From an uncultured Acidobacteriota bacterium (GTDB lineage Bacteria; Acidobacteriota; Thermoanaerobaculia; Multivoradales; SZUA-115), in contig CAWDVR010000002.1 in assembly GCA_963805975.1 (NCBI GenBank), positions 1,152,001-1,216,000 of the forward strand: a stretch of 64,000 nt of DNA, in the 5' to 3' direction. The stretch's first letter is position 1. The number at the start of each line of letters is the position of its first letter. Shown here piece by piece: positions 59,471-64,000 of this stretch. Position numbers and translations under genes: made by a program. The notes under the pieces were generated by a model, which made no database searches, was not told the origin of the DNA, and worked only from the letters and a program-made list of their open reading frames with translations.

Positions 59471-60487
59471 ATGCCGAAGGCTTGCTCGATTGCTTGTGCC
59501 TCCCTCGTCCTCGCCCTCCTCACCCTCCCCGCCCTCGCCGCTCCGAAGGCCGGCGAGGCCCTGGGCACGCTGACGATCGGGGGCAAGACCACCAAGCTCG
59601 TCCAGGTGTACGCCGAGAAGCAGACCGACGAGGAGGGGGAGGAGTACCTGGTGCTGCTGCTGGCCGACCGCAAGCTGGAGCCCGGCGATCGCAGCCCGGC
59701 GCGCCTGGCGGAGCTGGCCGCCGCGGGCCAGGTGCAGGGGCTTCGCGTCCTCTGGCGCACCGCCTACGACGACTTGCGCTGGGTGCCCTACCACCGCGAC
59801 TTGGCGGAGAACGGCCTGGCGGCCCACGGGATGGGCGTGCTCGACCTGGCAGCCTTCGACGACCGCCGGGTGGAGGGCAAGGTGAGCTCAAAGATGCTGG
59901 GCCAGGACTGGCACTTCAACGTGTCGTTCAAGGCCGATGTCGTGGCCGGGGGGAAGGTCGAGGTCGAGCGCCTCGCCGAGGCCGAGGAGAGCCCTGCCGC
60001 GGACGTCGACGTGGCGGCCGCGGGGCAGGCGGAGGCCGACCCCGTGCTCCTGAAGCGCAAGCTGGGCAGGCTGGGCTACGAGTGGAAGCCCGAGTCCTTC
60101 GCCCATGCCGTGAAGGACGCGGACGTCGAGGCGGTGGAGCTGTTCCTGACCGGCGGCATGTCCCCCGACACCGAGGACAGCGGGGGCCTCGCGGTCCTCA
60201 TGTACGCCTCGATGTACTGCGGCAACGACCCGCTGGAGCAGCGCGAGGAGGTCGCCCTGGCACTGATCGCCGCCAAGGCCAACGTCAACGTGAAGGACCA
60301 GAACGACTCGACCCCCCTGATCTGGGCCGCCCAGTCGTGCAGCCCGCGGCTGATCGAGGCGCTGATCAAGGCCGGGGCCAACGTCAACGCCCGCGCCAAG
60401 GGCAGCGCCACGCCGTTGATGATGGCGCAGGCGATGAGCCGCACCGAGGTCGTCAACCTGCTCAAGAAGGCCGGCGCCAAGCCGTAG
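59471..60487 (+). CDS. Secreted ankyrin-repeat protein
   Basis: -10 TAGAAT and RBS AAGGAG; signal peptide; C-terminal repeats TPLIWAA...LIKAGANVNA and TPLMMA. Confidence 0.85.
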   Translation: MPKACSIACASLVLALLTLPALAAPKAGEALGTLTIGGKTTKLVQVYAEKQTDEEGEEYLVLLLADRKLEPGDRSPARLAELAAAGQVQGLRVLWRTAYDDLRWVPYHRDLAENGLAAHGMGVLDLAAFDDRRVEGKVSSKMLGQDWHFNVSFKADVVAGGKVEVERLAEAEESPAADVDVAAAGQAEADPVLLKRKLGRLGYEWKPESFAHAVKDADVEAVELFLTGGMSPDTEDSGGLAVLMYASMYCGNDPLEQREEVALALIAAKANVNVKDQNDSTPLIWAAQSCSPRLIEALIKAGANVNARAKGSATPLMMAQAMSRTEVVNLLKKAGAKP

Positions 60488-60589
60488 GCCGGGAAGGCTC
60501 GCACTCCAACCCTCGGGATCGCGAGCGTGCCGGGATGAGGGCTGCCTCCTGTAACGGAAGCGCCTCCCCGGCGCCCATTGCGGTCTAGA

Positions 60590-62674
60590 ATGATCCTCGA
60601 CCGTGCCACAGTGGAAATCCCAATCCCGGCCGTGAGCATCCGCGAGACCGGAGCCGTCCTCGACGGCAAGTACGAGATTCTGCGCCGCTTGACCGGCGGT
60701 GGCATGAGCGAGGTCTACCTCGTCCGCCACCTGCACCTGGACGAGCGGCGGGTGATCAAGGTGCTGCGTCCGGAGGACGCCGCCGACTCCTCCGCCCAGG
60801 CCCGGTTCCTGCGGGCGGCGCGCACGGCGGCGCAGATCAAGCACAGGAACGTCGCCATCCTCTACGACTATTCGAGCCTGCCGGACGGCAGCTTCTACAT
60901 GGTGTGGGAGTACATCGACGGCGAGGACGTGGGCCGCTGGATCGAGAAGCACGGCCCCTTCCCGCTGGACGTCGCCGTCGACCTCGGGGTGCAGGCGCTG
61001 CGCGGCCTCGGGGCGATCCACTCGCACGGCGTCATCCACCGCGACATCAGCCCGGACAACCTGATGCTCTCGCAGGAGGTCAACGGCCGGGTCACCCTGA
61101 AGATCATCGACCTCGGCCTGGCCAAGAACCTCTCGCCGCAGAAGCCCGACCTCGAGGTCACCCAGGTCGGCATGTTCATGGGCAAGCTTCGCTACTGCTC
61201 GCCGGAGCAGGCCGGCATGATCGAGGGTGCGGTGCTCGATCACCGGAGCGACCTCTACTCCTTCGCCGCGTGCTTCTACGAGATGCTCTGCGGCAAGGCC
61301 CCGTTCGACTCCGAGACCTCGCACGGCTTCGTCTTCAAGCGCCTGACCGAGGACCCGCTGCCGCTCGCCGGCCGGGTGCCGGGGGTCCAGATCCCGGCCG
61401 AGCTCGACGAGATCGTGCGGAAGGGCCTCGAGCGCGACCGCGACCGCCGCTTCCCCACTGCACTGCGTTTCATCGAAAGCCTGGAGAGGGTGCAGCGCAA
61501 GAACGAGCGGTTCTCGACGCAGCAGATCCCGGCCACCGATCCCCCGGCCCTGCCGGCCCGGCCCGCGAGCGGGGACCGCGAGCCGTCGCGGCCGCAGTCG
61601 GCGCGTACCTCGAGCCAGCTCTCGCGGCAGGAGCGCGACGATCTCCTGGCGCAGATCAACCAGGCCTCCGAGCGCGTCTCGAGGACCCGCGGCATCCTGC
61701 AGGAGGCCGAGGAGGGGCTGAGCGCGGGCGATCTCGACCGGGCGCGCCGCCTGCTGGCCGAGGTCGAGGCGATCGACCCCAAGGCCAAGGGGCTCGAAGA
61801 GCTCAAGAACCGGTTGCGGGAGATGGCCGCGGCCCCGCCGCCCGACGAGCGGGCGCTCGAGACCGAGACCATGCTCGTCTCGTATCTCGAGCACCACCAG
61901 GTGCCTCTCGCGCGCCTGGCCCTCGAAAGCCTCCTCGAGCTCGCGCCACGGCATTCCCGCCGGGCCGAGTACGAGCAGCGCCTGGCGGACCTCTCGGCGG
62001 TGGCCGATCAGGAGCAGCGCGCCGACAAGGCGCTGAAGGTCGCCCGCGAGGCGCTCTCCGCCGGGGACTTCGCGGGCGTCGAACGCAACCTCGCCGCCGC
62101 CCGCCGCGGGGCGCGCAACCCCGGTCTCGGCGCCGACCTCGAGGCCGGCCTCGACCGGGCGCGCCAGGAGCAGCGGGAGGCCGACGCGGTCAGCGACCAC
62201 AAACGGCGGTTCGAGCAGGCCCTGGCCGCCGGCAAGCTGGGCGAGGCCGAGCGCGAGCTGGCCTCGCTGCGCGCGGCGAGCCTCCCCAGGCTGACCTTGG
62301 ACACCTACCGCGGGCAGCTCGAGGAAGCGCGCCGGCTGGCCTCGAAGACCGGCGAGATCCAGGCCTTCGAGGTGAGCTTCGCCCGCCACGTCGCGGCCGG
62401 GGACTGGTTCGCGGCGCGCGAGGTGGCGCTCGAGATGGAGAAGGTTCTCGACACCCACCCGCGGCTCGCCGCCATGTATGCCGAGGCCGACGCGCTGCGC
62501 GTCAGGAACGAGCGCCGGCAGGCGATCGAAGGCGGCGAGCGGCAGGTCGAGGCCTCGATCGCCCAAGGCCAGGCCGACCCTGCGGCCATGGCGCTCAAGA
62601 TCCTGCTCAAGATCGACCCCGACCATCCCCGGCGCAAGCAGCTCGAGAAGCGGATCGCCGCGATCCGGGGGTGA
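60590..62674 (+). CDS. Cytoplasmic Ser/Thr kinase with C-terminal helical (TPR-like) repeats; start uncertain (ATG 60590 or GTG 60611)
   Basis: GGMSEVY, VIK, HRDISPDN, DLG, YCSPEQ, SDLYS; long Ala/Glu/Arg helical tail; no TM segment. Confidence 0.88.
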   Translation: MILDRATVEIPIPAVSIRETGAVLDGKYEILRRLTGGGMSEVYLVRHLHLDERRVIKVLRPEDAADSSAQARFLRAARTAAQIKHRNVAILYDYSSLPDGSFYMVWEYIDGEDVGRWIEKHGPFPLDVAVDLGVQALRGLGAIHSHGVIHRDISPDNLMLSQEVNGRVTLKIIDLGLAKNLSPQKPDLEVTQVGMFMGKLRYCSPEQAGMIEGAVLDHRSDLYSFAACFYEMLCGKAPFDSETSHGFVFKRLTEDPLPLAGRVPGVQIPAELDEIVRKGLERDRDRRFPTALRFIESLERVQRKNERFSTQQIPATDPPALPARPASGDREPSRPQSARTSSQLSRQERDDLLAQINQASERVSRTRGILQEAEEGLSAGDLDRARRLLAEVEAIDPKAKGLEELKNRLREMAAAPPPDERALETETMLVSYLEHHQVPLARLALESLLELAPRHSRRAEYEQRLADLSAVADQEQRADKALKVAREALSAGDFAGVERNLAAARRGARNPGLGADLEAGLDRARQEQREADAVSDHKRRFEQALAAGKLGEAERELASLRAASLPRLTLDTYRGQLEEARRLASKTGEIQAFEVSFARHVAAGDWFAAREVALEMEKVLDTHPRLAAMYAEADALRVRNERRQAIEGGERQVEASIAQGQADPAAMALKILLKIDPDHPRRKQLEKRIAAIRG

Positions 62675-62778
62675 GGGGCCCCCAGGCCGCTGTGCTATCT
62701 TCGCGCCCGCCCGGAGCCCTCCGGGCGCTCCCGAATCTCTCGAACGTACCGGCTCCGCGAGCCCCGGACCTCTCCGCC

Positions 62779-64000
62779 ATGGACAACGCCAGAGCGCGCC
62801 TCGAGCGCTACGCCTTCATGCAGTTCGCCCGCGATTTCGACCTGCGCTTCGAGTACCTCCTCAAGACGGGCAAGGTCAGCAAGTGGTACAGCGAGGTGGG
62901 CAGCGAGGCCACCACCGTGCCCGCCGGCCTGGCGCTCGAGGCCGGCGACGCCCTCTGCACCCTGCACCGCGACCTGGGGGCCATCCTCGCCGTCTATCTC
63001 GATCCCGCACGCACCTTCCCCGGCCTGCGCCTCGGCGAGCCGGACGGACGGCGCCCCGACCCCGAGGAGCTGCTCTACCGGCTCGCCTGCCAGCTCGTGG
63101 GCAAGGCGGACGGCTTCTCGCAGGGCGTCGAGCGCTCGTTCCACTACGGCTACCTCGACCCGGCGGCGGGCATCACCCACGTCGGCATGATCAGCCACCT
63201 GGGCTCGATGATCCCGGTGGCCGCCGGCTGCGCCTTCGCGCTCCAGCAGAAGGGCAGCGACCGCGTGGCGATCAACTTCATCGGCGACGGCGGCACCTCG
63301 ACCGGCGACTTCCACGAGGGCCTCAACATGGCCGCGGTGTGGAAGCTGCCGCTCATCCTGGTGATCGAGAACAACCGCTACGCCTTCTCCACCCCCACCG
63401 CGCTCCAGTTCGCCTGCCAGTCGCTGGCGGACCGCGGCGTGGGCTACGGTGTCGCGGCCGAGAGTGTCGACGGCAACGATCCGGACGCCATGGCCGCCTG
63501 CTTCGAGCGCGCCGTGGCCCGCGCCCGCGCCGGTCTCGGCCCCACCCTGATCGAGGCCATGCTCGGCCGCATGCGCGGCCACAGCGAAGGCGACGACTCG
63601 CTCAAGGTGGTGCCGGAGGAGGAGCTCTCCGTCTACCGGGCGGCCGACCCGGTGCCGGCCTACGCCCAGCGGCTGATCGACGAAGGGGTGCTCACCCTCG
63701 AGATGCAGGAGCGCCTGCGCGAGCGGATCAAGAGCCTGACCATGGCCGCCATCGACCGCGCGCTCGACGCCGCGCCGCCCGCCAAGGAGACTGCGCACCG
63801 CCCCGTGTTCGCGCCCTCGCCCAAGCCCATGGCGCCCGCCGTGCAGACCTCGAAGAGCGGCGAGGGCGAGCCGATCTTCTACGTGGAGGCCATCCACCAG
63901 GCGCTACGGGAGGAGATGGAGCGCGACGAGTCCGTGGTGCTCCTGGGCCAGGACATCGGCGTCTTCGAAGGCGCCTTCCGCATCACCCGCGGCCTCCACC
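62779..64000 (+). CDS. 2-oxoacid dehydrogenase E1, fused alpha+beta subunits, runs off the window
   Basis: Absent from the ORF track because there is no stop in the window. ATG 62779 MDNARAR..., TPP motif GDG...ENN, RMRGHSE, then in frame the beta-subunit start EAIHQALREEMERDESVVLLGQDIG. Confidence 0.9.
   Translation, partial: MDNARARLERYAFMQFARDFDLRFEYLLKTGKVSKWYSEVGSEATTVPAGLALEAGDALCTLHRDLGAILAVYLDPARTFPGLRLGEPDGRRPDPEELLYRLACQLVGKADGFSQGVERSFHYGYLDPAAGITHVGMISHLGSMIPVAAGCAFALQQKGSDRVAINFIGDGGTSTGDFHEGLNMAAVWKLPLILVIENNRYAFSTPTALQFACQSLADRGVGYGVAAESVDGNDPDAMAACFERAVARARAGLGPTLIEAMLGRMRGHSEGDDSLKVVPEEELSVYRAADPVPAYAQRLIDEGVLTLEMQERLRERIKSLTMAAIDRALDAAPPAKETAHRPVFAPSPKPMAPAVQTSKSGEGEPIFYVEAIHQALREEMERDESVVLLGQDIGVFEGAFRITRGLH

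Noticed and set aside
60500-60560. Minus-strand ...CAGGAGGCAGC resembling SRP RNA domain IV
   Set aside because: It lacks the CAGG...GNRA-loop helix 8 arrangement.
62695-63897. 400-aa minus-strand ORF at the window end
   Set aside because: It is the antisense shadow of the plus-strand E1 dehydrogenase that runs off the window.

Overview
Very GC-rich bacterial DNA. The gene repertoire (Oar-type TonB receptor, paralogous XRE regulators, Ser/Thr kinases, a giant CarboxypepD_reg-repeat protein) suggests Acidobacteriota, possibly Thermoanaerobaculia; this is inference. Core loci: moaA (5'-truncated), a rimB-like protease with rimK, uup-type ABC-F, mfd plus two PPIases, a dcw cluster (mraZ to ftsZ, without murB and ddl), thiC, and a fused 2-oxoacid dehydrogenase E1 (3'-truncated). 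Best accessory candidates: (i) a compact operon of ACP, ketosynthase, catalytically dead KS/CLF, TlpA lipoprotein, flavin halogenase-like enzyme and carotenoid/stilbene cleavage dioxygenase; (ii) a 14-Cys secreted mini-protein coupled to a ~1100-aa beta-sandwich repeat protein; (iii) a duplicated leaderless XRE module with a conserved ~150-bp upstream region; (iv) a membrane Ser/Thr kinase, LysM-FecR and PAS-GGDEF-EAL operon; (v) an SPFH operon with three zinc-ribbon paralogues; (vi) an intact TA pair beside two TA remnants; (vii) REP-like palindromes that supply gene termini. Single-base frameshifts in four otherwise intact genes are probably long-read errors. I recognised no rRNA, tRNA, CRISPR array, transposase or integrase. 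All assignments are by-eye motif recognition; no searches were run.
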